Positions 8,097 to 19,836 of a stretch of 64,000 bases of DNA are shown piece after piece. A program made the position numbers and the translations under genes. Source of the DNA: an uncultured Thiomargarita sp. Lineage in GTDB: Bacteria; Pseudomonadota; Gammaproteobacteria; Beggiatoales; Beggiatoaceae. How positions within the stretch are numbered: the stretch's first letter is position 1; the number at the start of each line of letters is the position of its first letter. Location: assembly GCA_964582525.1 (NCBI GenBank), contig CAZOSP010000004.1:670-64669 (forward strand), given 5' to 3'. Under the pieces are notes generated by a model. It had not been told where the DNA came from. It ran no database searches and worked only from the letters and a program-made list of their open reading frames with translations.

Positions 8097-10793
8097 TTAA
8101 GCAGCGGAGGCTGCAAAATTTTTTAATTTGATGGTGTCAGCCTGCGCTTCATCGAGTAACACTGATAATCGTTCTTGTAAATGATCAAACTGATCCGGCA
8201 AATGCAGCGGACGATTATGTTTGTCGGTAATGTGAAAAACGTCTTCAACGCGAGTGCCAAAGGTAGCAATTTTAGCGTTCTTGACACGCACTTCGCATTG
8301 CATCATCGCTTGTGCAATACGCGATAAAACACCCGGACGGTCAGTCGTGACAATTTCCATCACCGTATGATTATTAACAAAATCAACCTTAAAAACCACC
8401 CGCGTCGGCACGGTAAAATGTTTCACCTGTGGCGGTTGGCGGCGGTTAATCGTCGCAAAACTGGTTTCTGATAGCAGTGCTTGCATCAGCCCGCAACGCA
8501 CTATTTCCGCCCGCGCCGGGCTTTCTATCGGCTTACCGCCTTCTTCTAATACCGTGTAATTAATTAAAGTGCAATGCCCCCCCGCCGCGCCAACAATATA
8601 GGCATCAACAATGTTCAAATTTTGTTGCTCCAGATACAGGGTGGTATCGACAAACAAAGAATCCTTGTGTTCGGTGTAAATCATAAATTCCGTACAACCA
8701 AGCATTCCTTCACGAATTAAAACCAACGGTTGATTGGGGGGTTTATTTAACATGGCGCGGGTTTCGCGGGCAATATTAACCGCCGTAGAACGCAAAAAAT
8801 AATTGCGATTAATCGCCTGCCACAAATTTTCTACTGTTTCTTGCGCATAATCCTGTAGCAGATGCCAAGCTTCTGATTTAATGTCACGCACCCGCACATT
8901 TTTATCAATAGGATTTTGCAAGCCTTTGGCTAAAGCTTGCTTAGTTTTATGATACAAATTAGCTAACAAAGAAGACTTCCAGCTATTCCATAAAGTCGGA
9001 TTGGTAGCACGAATATCCGCTACTGTAAGCAAATACAAATAATTCAAATGAGATTGATCAGTGACACGCTGCGCAAAAGCATTCACTACATCGGGATCAG
9101 AAATATCTTGTCGCTGCGCCGTGGTTGACATAATTAAATGATTTTTCACCAACCACGCCACCAAGCGACTGTCGTAATCGCTCAAACCATGTGCTTGACA
9201 AAATTCTAAAGCATCATGCTGCCCTAACGCGGAATGATCACCGCCACGTCCTTTAGCAATATCGTGAAACAAACCCGCTAAATATAACAACTCCTGTTTA
9301 GGCAATTGCTGCATGATTTCTGAACATAAAGGAAATTCATCATAATATCTTTTAATGGTAAAACGACGCAGATTGCGAATAACAAATAAAGTATGTTGAT
9401 CAACGGTATAAACATGAAATAAATCATACTGCATTTGTCCGGTAACCTGTCCAAAGCTTGGCAAATACGCAGACAATACGCCATAGCGACTCATCATACG
9501 GAAAGCACGGGTAATGCCCACAGGTTGACGAATAATTTCATAAAATACACTGCGGGCGCGCAAATCATTATGAAAAGCGGGATCAATCAAATAAGTATAA
9601 TAACGCAATAAACGCGCAGTGCTGGCACGAATACCCTTAATTTCTGAATGATGCTGCATCATTAAAAATATTTCTAATAAAGCAAAGGGATAATCTAAAA
9701 ATACTTTGTCATGCGTAATTTCAATAAATCCGTTGCGAATTTGAAAGCGTTTGCTTAAAGGTTTTACTTGCGTTGGACCCGAATACAAAATTGCCTCTTC
9801 AAACAACTGTAAAAGAATTTCATTTAAGCTACTAATCTCCCAAGCGGTACGATAATACTGCCGCATAAAATGCTCTACGCCCAAGCGTTTAGCATCATCT
9901 TCATAGCCAAATTTCTTTGCCAGCGTGCGTTGATAATCAAAGCCTAAACGATCTTCGTGGCGACCGGTTAATTGATGCAACATATAGCGAATACACCAAA
10001 GAAATGCTTGCGCCTTGACTAACGCATTATATTCTTCTTCTGTCAGAAAGCCATGACGAATTAAATCATGCAAAGTATTTGAATTAAAATGACGTTTCGC
10101 CACCCAGGCCAGGGTTTGAATATCGCGTAAACCACCCGGTCCATCTTTAATGTTAGGTTCGAGATTATAAGCCGTATCATTAAACTTACGATGGCGCGTA
10201 CATTGTTCTTCTTTTTTAGCCGCAAAAAAATCACGATCCGACCAGATTTGTTCGGGACGGCTTAAACACTGCATGGCTTCAAATAAATACTCTGCACCAA
10301 CCAATAAACGCGATTCAATTAAATTAGTAATCACGCTAATATCTTCTTCTGCCATCTGTTGACAAGCTTCTAAAGTTCTGACGCTATGTCCAACTTCTAA
10401 GCCAATATCCCACAGAAACATCAAAAATTGCTCTAAGCTGGTTTGCGTTTCTTTATCTAAATCATCTTCTATCAAGATTAATAAATCAATATCTGAAGCG
10501 GGATGTAATTCCTTGCGCCCATAACCGCCAACAGCAATCAATGCAAGTTTTTCAGGATAAGCGCGAATATGTAAATGCCAGGCTTGACGGAGAATTTGAT
10601 CCATGAACCAAGCGCGTTGTGGCACCACCTCTTGAGCAGATAAATGCACGGCAAAGCGTTCATTAAGCACCGAATCGCCTTGTTTTAAGGTTTGGCGAAA
10701 GAGTGCAATCGGTGAAGCAGATATTTGTAATTGAACATTAAAGCTTTGTTCATCAAAAAGCTGAGGATCAGTATAGGTTTCGTCGTAATACAT
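8097..10793 (-). CDS. glnD: Bifunctional [protein-PII] uridylyltransferase/uridylyl-removing enzyme
   Basis: 898 aa. It has a nucleotidyltransferase motif (GGYGRKELHPASDIDLLIL), an HD domain (LFHDIAKGRGGDHS) and two C-terminal ACT domains. Confidence 0.95.
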   Translation of the reverse strand: MYYDETYTDPQLFDEQSFNVQLQISASPIALFRQTLKQGDSVLNERFAVHLSAQEVVPQRAWFMDQILRQAWHLHIRAYPEKLALIAVGGYGRKELHPASDIDLLILIEDDLDKETQTSLEQFLMFLWDIGLEVGHSVRTLEACQQMAEEDISVITNLIESRLLVGAEYLFEAMQCLSRPEQIWSDRDFFAAKKEEQCTRHRKFNDTAYNLEPNIKDGPGGLRDIQTLAWVAKRHFNSNTLHDLIRHGFLTEEEYNALVKAQAFLWCIRYMLHQLTGRHEDRLGFDYQRTLAKKFGYEDDAKRLGVEHFMRQYYRTAWEISSLNEILLQLFEEAILYSGPTQVKPLSKRFQIRNGFIEITHDKVFLDYPFALLEIFLMMQHHSEIKGIRASTARLLRYYTYLIDPAFHNDLRARSVFYEIIRQPVGITRAFRMMSRYGVLSAYLPSFGQVTGQMQYDLFHVYTVDQHTLFVIRNLRRFTIKRYYDEFPLCSEIMQQLPKQELLYLAGLFHDIAKGRGGDHSALGQHDALEFCQAHGLSDYDSRLVAWLVKNHLIMSTTAQRQDISDPDVVNAFAQRVTDQSHLNYLYLLTVADIRATNPTLWNSWKSSLLANLYHKTKQALAKGLQNPIDKNVRVRDIKSEAWHLLQDYAQETVENLWQAINRNYFLRSTAVNIARETRAMLNKPPNQPLVLIREGMLGCTEFMIYTEHKDSLFVDTTLYLEQQNLNIVDAYIVGAAGGHCTLINYTVLEEGGKPIESPARAEIVRCGLMQALLSETSFATINRRQPPQVKHFTVPTRVVFKVDFVNNHTVMEIVTTDRPGVLSRIAQAMMQCEVRVKNAKIATFGTRVEDVFHITDKHNRPLHLPDQFDHLQERLSVLLDEAQADTIKLKNFAASAA

Positions 10794-10858
10794 GAGAGAT
10801 ATACAATTAGAGAGTTAAATGTGAATTAGGAATGTTCACAAAAGCCAACAGGTTTTGG

Positions 10859-11662
10859 TTAATCTGAATTTTTTATTTCTAACGAGTCAGTTTCTTCTTC
10901 ACTAGAAATAGCAACATTGGCAGTCACCACTGCTTCAGCTTCACTACTTTCCTGTGCCGCTTGCTGCTGTGCCATTTTTTCAGCCGCTTCAACAGCCAAA
11001 CGCCGCAGCTCTTGTTCTGCTTGTTGATGTTCCTCATCAGCTTGTTTTAAGCGTTCCTGCATAGAATGCTCTGCCTCTTCATTTAAACGCTGATTTTCTT
11101 CTAAAGCCGTATCTTTTAATGCCTCTAAGGTAGGCAAATCGTTCAGTTCTTTTAAGCTAAACTGATCTAAAAAAGCCGTTGTTGTACCATATAAACGCGG
11201 ATGTCCCACGGTGTTTTTTTGCCCCACCACACGAATCCAACCATAGTCCAACAATTTTTTCATAATCTCAGAACTCACGCTAACACCACGAATTTTCTCA
11301 ATGTCACTGCGTGTAATCGGTTGTCGATAAGCAATCAATGCCAAAGTTTCTAGCAGCGCACGCGAATAACGCGACGCTTTTGCAGTCCATAAATTCGCAA
11401 TATGTGGCGCAATCTCTTGTTTAACCTGATAACGCCAACCGCTGGCAACTTCAATGAGTTCAACACAGCGAGATTCAGACTCTCTTTGTAATTGCTGTAA
11501 GACTGGAGGAATACGTTTTTTAGCCACTTTACGCTCTTCATTGGCAAGTTCTTCATTATCATTAGCCGTTACAAATAATTCACTCAATTGTTCTAATGTT
11601 AAAGGGCGACCGGCAGCCAGTAATGCAGCCTCAATAATATGTTGTAATTGATGATCAGACAT
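10859..11662 (-). CDS. scpB: Segregation and condensation protein B with an extended acidic/coiled C-terminus
   Basis: The N-terminal ScpB winged-helix repeats read IIEAALLAAGRPLTLEQL..., ALLETLALIAYRQPITRSDIEKIRGV and GHPRLYGTT..FL. About 90 extra C-terminal residues are rich in E/Q/A. Confidence 0.85.
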   Translation of the reverse strand: MSDHQLQHIIEAALLAAGRPLTLEQLSELFVTANDNEELANEERKVAKKRIPPVLQQLQRESESRCVELIEVASGWRYQVKQEIAPHIANLWTAKASRYSRALLETLALIAYRQPITRSDIEKIRGVSVSSEIMKKLLDYGWIRVVGQKNTVGHPRLYGTTTAFLDQFSLKELNDLPTLEALKDTALEENQRLNEEAEHSMQERLKQADEEHQQAEQELRRLAVEAAEKMAQQQAAQESSEAEAVVTANVAISSEEETDSLEIKNSD

Positions 11663-14075
11663 GCTTTTTGCTTTGTAAAAAATCTCTAAGTTCTTTAATT
11701 AAAAAATTATCTGCAAAATCGATAATTTTAGTATAAAAACTGGACAATGTAGGTTGTTTTTTTAATTCCTCTTGAGCCAGCTCCATAACCCCTTGGATAT
11801 GCCCTAAACGCGCCAGTTCTATTAACTGCGTAACAATCGCCGCTTCAGGGAAAACAAGCTGTTGAGATTCTTCATGGTGAGATGCTTCTGTGCTTTCATC
11901 GCTGTCGGCATATTCCCATTCTATCCCCGCTAAAGTTTTTAAGGTATCTAAAAAAGTTTGATGCTTAAAAGGTTTCTCTATAAAACCATTAGCCCCAACT
12001 GCCAATGCGTGGGCTTTTTGTTCTTCTGTCACTGTCGCCGAAATTGCAATAATACAGCAAGTATGACCATCCGGCAGTTGGCGTAATTGTGTTATACCCA
12101 TAAAACCATCGATTTTTGGCATGACTAAATCAATCAGCACAATATCAGGTTTATGCTGCGCAGCATGACTTAAAGCAGTATTGACATCCTTAAAAGTATG
12201 CACTAAAAATCCCAGTTGTTTTAACCAATCCGCCAATACCGTGCGATTATTAACCACATCATCAACAATCATCATTCGGCGTTGTTTACCATGATAGTGA
12301 ATGGCAATGCGTTTTTTTTGTGTTTCCTGTATTTCCTGTCCAGCCAGTTTCCACTTTTGCAGAGGTGCTTGAATAAAGAATTTGAAAATACTGCCATTAC
12401 CAATATGACTTTCAACATCTAAATGTCCTCCCATCATATCTACCAAGCGGCGACTAATGGGCAAACCCAATCCTGAGCCTTCAATATATTTTTGCGTGCC
12501 AACCTGTTGAAAAGGCTCAAAAATAGCTGTTAAATCTTCAGTATTAATACCACAGCCGGTATCATGAATTTCAAAAAATAGCAATCCTTCATGCCAAGCA
12601 ATGCCGAGGCTAATTTCTCCATATTCAGTAAACTTAAACGCATTATTCAATAAATTTAGCAATACTTGACGTAAGCGTTTTTCATCTGTACTAACGATCA
12701 CCGGAATCTTGTTCTTTTGAAAGTTTTCTTGAAAAGGTAACGGATTAATTTTAAAGGCTATTTGTTTTTGCTCAGCGCGTAATTGAAACAATTGTGCTAT
12801 ATCCTGCATCAGTCCCGGCAAATAGACATCTGTATTCACGACTTCTAAACGCTCTGCTTCAATTTTAGATAAATCTAAAATATCATTAATTAACTGCAAT
12901 AAATGTTCACCACTGCGTTCAATAATTTTAATTTGCTGACGTACATCCGTATCAACGTGTAAATTACGATCTAATAACTGGGTGTAGCCTAAAATAGCAT
13001 TTAATGGAGTACGCAATTCATGACTCATATTGGCTAGAAAGGCACTTTTAGCACGATTAGCCGTTTCTGCATCATCTTTTGCTTGCCGTAGTTGTATTTC
13101 TGTATTTTTTAGCTGATTAATGTCTACCATAAAGCCCGACAAATACAGCACAGAACTTTGACTAATTTTGGTTGTGACAATATTTTTTAACCAAATATAG
13201 GTGTCTTTAGTAGTGCGCATACGGTATTCAAAGGCTTGTTGTTGGTTATTATTGATAGCGGTTTGCAACAGCTCTTGCAAAATGAGTTTATCATCGGGAT
13301 GTACGGTTTGGCGAAAAAAATCTAAATCTTGCCACTTGCCTAAAGGGTATCCTAATAAATTCTCGGCATGAGGCGATACATAAGTAAAACGCTTGTCAGC
13401 AATATTATAAGACCAGGCAATGGCATTAATATTTTCTACTAATGAACGAAAGCGTAATTCACTTTCTCGTAAAGCCATTTCTGCACGTTTTTGCGCACTA
13501 ATATCACTTACAGAAATAAAGCACAGTGAATGCTCTTCTTTTTTGTTAGAGGTAAATAAGCGCGCATGGATACTGACAAAAACTGCATGGTTATTGATTT
13601 CATGCAATAAATGTAATTCAATGCTATCTTGTATGCTCTCGTTATTAAAAACATGTCGCAAAAAATGCTTAAACTGCACTTGATCTTGTTTGCTTAAGTA
13701 TTTATAGATAGACTGCTTACAAAGGTTTCGAGTTTGCGTTTGGAATAAATGACCGGCAGCGAAATTAGCCGCTTCAATAATCCCTTTTTCATTAATACTT
13801 AAATACGCTATCGGCGCAAAATCAAATAATTGTTGATAACTATTACGCGACAACTGCAAATCAGACTGTATTGCTTTTAATGTATCATTTTGTGAACGCA
13901 ATTCTTCTTGATGTTCATGCAGAGATTCAAGTGCATGATGCAAACGATGATTGGGTTCTTGCAACGCGGTGTTTTCACTCTGTAATTTTTGATTTTCTGC
14001 TAGTAAAGCTTGATATTGCTCCAGCAGACCTTGATAATCCAAAACTTGTTCAGCAGTATTTGACATTTTATGCAA
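11655..14075 (-). CDS. Hybrid sensor histidine kinase (coiled coil, 2x PAS, HisKA, HATPase_c, REC, C-terminal helical domain)
   Basis: 806 aa. It has an H-box (FLANMSHELRTPLNAILGY), a G-box (GSGLGLPISRRL) and a receiver (MMIVDDVVNNR...DIVLIDLVMPKIDG). Confidence 0.9.
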   Translation of the reverse strand: MHKMSNTAEQVLDYQGLLEQYQALLAENQKLQSENTALQEPNHRLHHALESLHEHQEELRSQNDTLKAIQSDLQLSRNSYQQLFDFAPIAYLSINEKGIIEAANFAAGHLFQTQTRNLCKQSIYKYLSKQDQVQFKHFLRHVFNNESIQDSIELHLLHEINNHAVFVSIHARLFTSNKKEEHSLCFISVSDISAQKRAEMALRESELRFRSLVENINAIAWSYNIADKRFTYVSPHAENLLGYPLGKWQDLDFFRQTVHPDDKLILQELLQTAINNNQQQAFEYRMRTTKDTYIWLKNIVTTKISQSSVLYLSGFMVDINQLKNTEIQLRQAKDDAETANRAKSAFLANMSHELRTPLNAILGYTQLLDRNLHVDTDVRQQIKIIERSGEHLLQLINDILDLSKIEAERLEVVNTDVYLPGLMQDIAQLFQLRAEQKQIAFKINPLPFQENFQKNKIPVIVSTDEKRLRQVLLNLLNNAFKFTEYGEISLGIAWHEGLLFFEIHDTGCGINTEDLTAIFEPFQQVGTQKYIEGSGLGLPISRRLVDMMGGHLDVESHIGNGSIFKFFIQAPLQKWKLAGQEIQETQKKRIAIHYHGKQRRMMIVDDVVNNRTVLADWLKQLGFLVHTFKDVNTALSHAAQHKPDIVLIDLVMPKIDGFMGITQLRQLPDGHTCCIIAISATVTEEQKAHALAVGANGFIEKPFKHQTFLDTLKTLAGIEWEYADSDESTEASHHEESQQLVFPEAAIVTQLIELARLGHIQGVMELAQEELKKQPTLSSFYTKIIDFADNFLIKELRDFLQSKKHV

Positions 14076-14143
14076 TCCCTTGTATGCAGTTTTAATTAAG
14101 TTTTACTGTGTCACACAATTTTCTCTACAAAGCAGGTCATACT

Positions 14144-17100
14144 ATGGCAGATAACACAATGCTACAAGCACCCACCCATTATGTAGGCGTTGGGGCATCC
14201 GCAGGCGGCTTAGAAGCCATTGAGAGCTTTTTCAAAAATATGCCAGCAGATAGCGGATTAGCTTTCGTGGTAGTGCAGCACCTATCGCCCGACTACAAAA
14301 GTCTGATGGTGGAACTCTTGTCTAAGCATACAGAAATGCCGGTGCATCGTATTACCGAAGGTATCACCATTGAGGCTAACAGCATATACCTAATTCCGCC
14401 CAAGAAAAACCTCACTATTTTTCATGGTAAGTTATTGTTGTTAGAGCAAGATTATTCTCGCGGTATCAATTTACCCATTGATGTTTTTTTGCGCTCACTG
14501 GCAGAAGATCAAGCCGAAAAATCCGTTGCTATTATTTTGTCTGGCACGGGTAGCGATGGCGTGCGCGGCATTCGCGCCATCAAAGAGTTAGGCGGTATGG
14601 TGATGGTGCAAGACGAAGAATCTGCCAAATTTGATGGAATGCCGCGCAGCGCGATTGCCACAGGGTTACCGGATTTTATTTTACCGCCGAATGAAATGCC
14701 ACAACAATTATTATCTTTTGTCAACCACCCTTATGCCTCAAAAACCCATGTTGAACCCAAATTATTGACCAATGAAGATGGTTTAACTCGCATTTTCGCG
14801 CTGTTGCGTGAGCGCACTAAAGTTGATTTCACCTATTACAAACCCAGTACCGTGGTGCGGCGGATTGAACGCCGCATGAGTGTTAATCAAATTCATGAAT
14901 TGCGTGATTATGTGCATTTCATGGAAGGTTATCCCAAAGAAATCAATACCCTATACCGAGAATTATTAATTGGTGTCACCAATTTCTTTCGGGATGCCGA
15001 AGCGTTCAAGGATTTAGAAGAGCGCTGGCTGCCTCAATTACTTGAAAAAAACGACAACCCTGAAATTCGTTTCTGGGTAGCGGCTTGCTCTACTGGCGAA
15101 GAAGCTTATTCATTAGCTATTTTAGCGCAAGAATGTATGGAACGCTTAAATCGTTCTTTTAATATTAAAATTTTTGCCACAGATGTTGATCGGGATGCCA
15201 TTATGCAGGCGGGCAATGGAGTCTATCCGGAAAGCATTGCGGCTGATGTTTCCGCTCATTTATTAAGCAAATACTTTCATCGACGCGAAGATAGTTTTCA
15301 AATCACGCGCCGTATTCGGGAAATGGTGGTATTTGCGCAACATAATTTAATTAAAGACCCGCCTTTTACCAATATCGATCTGATTTCTTGTCGCAATGTG
15401 CTGATTTACTTGCAACCGGTGTTGCAGAAAAAAGTGTTGGAACAATTTAATTTCTCCTTAAATCATTCTGGTTTATTATTTCTCGGCAGTAGTGAAAGTG
15501 TCGGCGATATGAGTAAGCATTTTGAATTGGTGAATAATAAATGGCGTATTCATCAATTAAAAGAGAAACGTCGCTCAAACAAATTTACCCGTGAATTTAG
15601 TGAGCAAATTTCAGTCAATTACGGGGTTTCTAGCATGTCTTTACATCAGTCAGGTAGTCGTGTCAACTGGCGACAAAATACTGAAGAAAGAATGCTTAAT
15701 CGCCTGTTACAAGACGTGGTTGAAGAATACATGCCTTTAACCGTTATTGTGAATGAAGAATTTGAACCTTTACACGTTTTGGGCGATGCTGCTGGATTTT
15801 TCACCCTGCCCAGAGGTAAAGCCGTGCATGACATTACTAAAATGGCAGCACGAGAACTCAGTATTCCTTTAGCCACTTCTTTGCAAAAAGTCTTCAAAAG
15901 CCGTGAAGAAATAAGCTACAATAATATCCGCATCAAGGATAAACATGATGCCGAGCGGTTGATTAAAATTCGTATTCGTTTATTGCCCGAACGCAAAGGA
16001 CAAGAACCTTTAGCAGTGATTTTATTAGAAGAAGTTGTCACGGCACAAACGGATGCCAATATCAATGTTATCAGCTATGATTTAGGGCATGAAGCAGAGC
16101 AGCGGATTAATGATTTAGAATTAGAATTGCAATTTACCCGTGAAAATCTACAAGCGACTATAGAAGAGCTAGAAACTTCCAATGAAGAATTACAAGCCAC
16201 CAATGAAGAGTTGCTGGCGAGTAACGAAGAGCTGCAAAGCACTAACGAAGAGTTGCAATCTGTCAATGAAGAACTGCACACAGTCAATGCCGAGCATCAA
16301 AGCAAAATTTTAGAATTGACCGAGTTGACTAATGACTTAGATAATTTATTAAGCAGCTCACAGGTTGGCACAGTGTTTTTGGATGAAGAATTAATTATTC
16401 GTCGTTTTACCCCAGCCGTCACGCGACTATTTAATTTTCTTGAAAATGACATAGGTCGTCCACTCTCACATATTTCACACCGTTTTCATTTTGAATTAAT
16501 GTCAGTATTGAAAGAAGTACAAATCAATAATACGGCTATTCAAAAAGAAGTATGTGCTGAAGATGGCAGTTTTTATTTGATGAATGTACAGCCCTATCAA
16601 ATAGGACCTGAAATCTATGCCGGCATTGTCTTAAACTTTGTAGATATTACCAATCTGAAGACCGTGGAAGCCGAGCTTAAACTCAGCGAAGAACGCTATG
16701 TACTGGCACAGAAAGCAGCTAAAATTGGCAGTTGGGATTGGGATATTGCCAGTAATCAATTAGTCTGGTCAGATATGGTTGAACCCATGTTTGGTTTCAA
16801 GGCAGGAGAATTTCCGGGAACTTACGAATCTTTTATAAAATTAGTCCATCCTGAAGATCGTCCTTTATTACAACAGCGCGTAGAAATCTGTCTGAATGAA
16901 GACAAACCCTACAATGTTGAACATCGCATTGTATGGCGTGATGGGTCTGTGCATTGGGTGAATGAAACCGGACATGTGTATCGAGATGAAAACGGCAAAC
17001 CTTTGCGCATGATGGGCGTGGTGCGCGACATTACCGAACAAAAATATATGGAAAAAGACTTAAATAAAAGCAAAGCAAAATTAAGTCGTTATTTTCAGCA

Positions 17101-17809
17101 ACCTTTTGTTGGTATGGCAATTTCTACACCTAACCAAGATATTGTTGAAGTTAATGATAAATTCTGTGATCTGCTTGGCTATTCGCCCGATGAGCTTTTG
17201 GAGATGAAATGGACGGATTTTACCCATCCTAATGATGTGGAAGAAAGTGAAATTATGTATGCGCGTTTATTTAATGAAAATGTGGATTCTTATTCTCTAC
17301 AGAAGCGTTATTTGTGTCGTGATGGTTCAACCTTATTTGTTAATTTAGCAGCACTCTGTGTACGCGATGAATACAATCAACCTGAATATATTTATAGTTT
17401 TGTGCAAGATGTGACAGAATTACGCCATTATCACGCTAAACTAGAGCAGCAGGCGCAGCAATTACAAGAAAAAAATGCCACGTTAGACAGTATTTTACGT
17501 GCGACACCGGTGGGTGTCGGGGTCGTCAAAGATCGCGTATTTCAATGGGTCAGTCCTTGTCTGTGTAAATTATTAGGCTATGCTGAAGAAGAGCTTATTG
17601 GGCAAAGTTCACGCATGATTTATCCCAGTGATGAAGAATATGAACGAGTGGGTAAAGAAAAGTATGAACAATTAGAACAACAAACTGTCGGTAGAGTAGA
17701 GGCACAATGGCAACGTAAAAATGGCAGTTTAGTGAATGTCTTATTGAGTTCATCGAGAATGACGGACAATTCCAATGGTGTTACTTTTACTGCAATGGTT
17801 TTGGACTGA
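14144..17809 (+). CDS. CheB-methylesterase / CheR-methyltransferase fusion protein with coiled coil and multiple PAS domains
   Basis: A CheB-like domain ([17 protein letters not shown]...) is followed by CheR-like SAM-MTase motifs ([29 protein letters not shown]). A heptad coil with (NEELQxT)n and at least 3 PAS/PAC modules follow. The start is taken at the ATG at 14144; the ORF track begins at the GTG at 14108. Confidence 0.9.
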   Translation: MADNTMLQAPTHYVGVGASAGGLEAIESFFKNMPADSGLAFVVVQHLSPDYKSLMVELLSKHTEMPVHRITEGITIEANSIYLIPPKKNLTIFHGKLLLLEQDYSRGINLPIDVFLRSLAEDQAEKSVAIILSGTGSDGVRGIRAIKELGGMVMVQDEESAKFDGMPRSAIATGLPDFILPPNEMPQQLLSFVNHPYASKTHVEPKLLTNEDGLTRIFALLRERTKVDFTYYKPSTVVRRIERRMSVNQIHELRDYVHFMEGYPKEINTLYRELLIGVTNFFRDAEAFKDLEERWLPQLLEKNDNPEIRFWVAACSTGEEAYSLAILAQECMERLNRSFNIKIFATDVDRDAIMQAGNGVYPESIAADVSAHLLSKYFHRREDSFQITRRIREMVVFAQHNLIKDPPFTNIDLISCRNVLIYLQPVLQKKVLEQFNFSLNHSGLLFLGSSESVGDMSKHFELVNNKWRIHQLKEKRRSNKFTREFSEQISVNYGVSSMSLHQSGSRVNWRQNTEERMLNRLLQDVVEEYMPLTVIVNEEFEPLHVLGDAAGFFTLPRGKAVHDITKMAARELSIPLATSLQKVFKSREEISYNNIRIKDKHDAERLIKIRIRLLPERKGQEPLAVILLEEVVTAQTDANINVISYDLGHEAEQRINDLELELQFTRENLQATIEELETSNEELQATNEELLASNEELQSTNEELQSVNEELHTVNAEHQSKILELTELTNDLDNLLSSSQVGTVFLDEELIIRRFTPAVTRLFNFLENDIGRPLSHISHRFHFELMSVLKEVQINNTAIQKEVCAEDGSFYLMNVQPYQIGPEIYAGIVLNFVDITNLKTVEAELKLSEERYVLAQKAAKIGSWDWDIASNQLVWSDMVEPMFGFKAGEFPGTYESFIKLVHPEDRPLLQQRVEICLNEDKPYNVEHRIVWRDGSVHWVNETGHVYRDENGKPLRMMGVVRDITEQKYMEKDLNKSKAKLSRYFQQPFVGMAISTPNQDIVEVNDKFCDLLGYSPDELLEMKWTDFTHPNDVEESEIMYARLFNENVDSYSLQKRYLCRDGSTLFVNLAALCVRDEYNQPEYIYSFVQDVTELRHYHAKLEQQAQQLQEKNATLDSILRATPVGVGVVKDRVFQWVSPCLCKLLGYAEEELIGQSSRMIYPSDEEYERVGKEKYEQLEQQTVGRVEAQWQRKNGSLVNVLLSSSRMTDNSNGVTFTAMVLD
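16160..16285 (+). repeat. Six tandem 21-bp (heptad) coding repeats
   Basis: The peptides [42 protein letters not shown] are each encoded by a 21-nt unit with a conserved AAYGAAGAR core. This forms the coiled-coil linker of the CheB/CheR-PAS protein. Confidence 0.85.
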
Positions 17810-19095
17810 TGTTTATTGGTATTGATTTAGGGACTTCTGGCTGTCGCGCCATTGCCATTGATGAGCAAGCGCGGATTCAGGGCGAAGCACGGGTCGCGCT
17901 TGCCGCGCCTATTTCACAAGGCAATGCGAATCGGCAAGCTCCAGCATTATGGTGGGAGGCGGTGTGCGAGGTTTTAAGCCAACTGAGTGAACAAATCCCC
18001 GCCCAGCAAGTACAAGCGATTGCCGTTGATGGGACTTCCGCGACTGTGCTGGTGACAGACGCGCAAGGCGCGCCTCTCGGTCAGGCTTTGATGTATAACG
18101 ATGCCAGTTGTCAAGCGCAAGCCGAGCAGATTCAAACAGTGGCACCGCCATCCAGCGCGGCGCGTAGCGTGACCGCAAGTCTTGCCAAATTATTGTATTT
18201 ATATCAACAATATCCGCAAGCGCGTCACGCCTTGCATCAAGCCGATTGGATTAGCAATCGTCTGAGCGGCAAGTATGGGGTGAGCGATGCCAATAATTGT
18301 TTGAAGTTGGGCTACGATGGATTCTTGGGCGATTGGGAAGAATGGCTACAACAACTTGATTTTCCACAGTATTTGTTGCCAAAAGTGTTGCCGGCTGGGA
18401 CTCTTTACGCAGTTTTGCGTAGCGATTTAGCGCGGCGTTGGGGGTTTTCTGCAAATACCCACATAGTCACTGGCACAACTGACAGCACGGCGGCTTTTTT
18501 AGCCACTGGTGCGCAACAGATCGGCGATGCGGTGACGGTGTTGGGTTCAACTTTGGTGCTAAAAATTCTCAGCGAGAAGCCTATCAACGCGCCCGAATAT
18601 GGTGTTTATAGCCAGCGTTTAGGTCATCGGTGGTTGATCGGTGGGGCTTCTAATAGCGGTGCTGCGGTGTTGTTACAATATTTTACTGATCAGCAGCTTG
18701 CTCAAATGACTCCGAACTTAAAGGCAGAGCAGCCTAGCGGTTTGGATTATTATCCGCTGCCTGCTGTGGGGGAGCGTTTTCCTATCGCAGACGCGCAGCT
18801 TGCGCCGCGTTTAAGTCCGCGTCCGCCCGATGATGTGTTGTTTTTTCAGGGTATATTAGAGGGCTTAAGCCAAATTGAAGCACAGGCTTATGCGCGTTTG
18901 CACGCATTGGGTGCGCCTGCCTTGAACTCGGTGCGCACGGTTGGCGGCGGGGCAAAGAATGCTGCTTGGCAGCAGATGCGCCAAGCGGTATTGGATGTGC
19001 CAATCATCCGTGCGCAACATAGCGAAGCGGCTTATGGCGCGGCGTTGTTGGCAAAATCAGCACATTTAACAGGCTCCTGCTGGATGAGATGCTGA
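17809..19095 (+). CDS. FGGY-family carbohydrate kinase
   Basis: The N-terminal motif is [18 protein letters not shown]. Later motifs are GTTDSTAAFLATG and a C-terminal GGGAKNAAWQQM. The ATG shares one base with the upstream TGA (TGATG). Confidence 0.8.
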   Translation: MFIGIDLGTSGCRAIAIDEQARIQGEARVALAAPISQGNANRQAPALWWEAVCEVLSQLSEQIPAQQVQAIAVDGTSATVLVTDAQGAPLGQALMYNDASCQAQAEQIQTVAPPSSAARSVTASLAKLLYLYQQYPQARHALHQADWISNRLSGKYGVSDANNCLKLGYDGFLGDWEEWLQQLDFPQYLLPKVLPAGTLYAVLRSDLARRWGFSANTHIVTGTTDSTAAFLATGAQQIGDAVTVLGSTLVLKILSEKPINAPEYGVYSQRLGHRWLIGGASNSGAAVLLQYFTDQQLAQMTPNLKAEQPSGLDYYPLPAVGERFPIADAQLAPRLSPRPPDDVLFFQGILEGLSQIEAQAYARLHALGAPALNSVRTVGGGAKNAAWQQMRQAVLDVPIIRAQHSEAAYGAALLAKSAHLTGSCWMRC

Positions 19096-19551
19096 GCAGA
19101 GTCGGTGGTACTGCGATTCGGTTTACCGACAATTTTTGCGCGATGTGGGTGAGTTGTAGCGGTTTTCAACCGTTTGAACTCGCGCCGCGCAGAGCTTAAG
19201 ACCGAACGTCCAAAACCTCGCGTCTGGTGCATGACGCGGGCGTTGTTTACTACCAGAAATACTCTGTCTGTAGCAGAATTTTAATCACGTCAGGGTCTGC
19301 AAGCCCTTAAGTTTTTTAGCAGGTAGCATTATGCGCATTGCACTTAATCTTGAGCAATTACAAGCGGTTATTTCACAAAGGTCGCAAGACTGGCAGTCCT
19401 CTCAACCCTAAGCGTAACCCATGAAAAACCTATTTTCCGCAGTCTGGGGGGGGGAACGGTGGACTGCGGCGCGCTATGATTAGCCTATTATTTTGAGTTT
19501 CCAAACCGAGTCTGGAGAAATACTATGTAAAATCAATATATTAGGCAATTT

Positions 19552-19684
19552 ATGCCATTACTGACCGACCTGCTCAAGTTGCCTCATGCTGAAAAATTGC
19601 GCATGGTGAATCTCTTATTGCGGGAAAATCGCGGCGGAAGAGGGTGTGCGTTTAGCACTTCCTGAGTATATTCCCGATTCTTAA
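19552..19684 (+). pseudogene. Frameshifted fragment of a small addiction-module antitoxin-like gene
   Basis: MPLLTDLLKLPHAEKLRMVNLLL... resembles the LP..ER..L..LW N-terminus of short antitoxin components. The expected continuation (IAAEEGVRLALPEYIPDS*) is in another frame. Confidence 0.3.
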
Positions 19685-19836
19685 GAAAACTATTTAGATA
19701 CCTTGCTGGAAAATCCATTACACGTTAAGCAGTTTAAGCGTTATAGCCGGGAAATCTATACTATCATCAAAGATTAGATTTAGGACTTTAACTTTATTAT
19801 TGTATGATAGCATCACTACAAAATAGGGGTTTTCTT

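Noticed and set aside
19032-19232. 66-aa minus-strand ORF overlapping the end of the FGGY kinase gene
   Set aside because: It overlaps the kinase 3' end, has no recognisable domain or RBS, and lies in debris-like sequence. It is probably non-coding.
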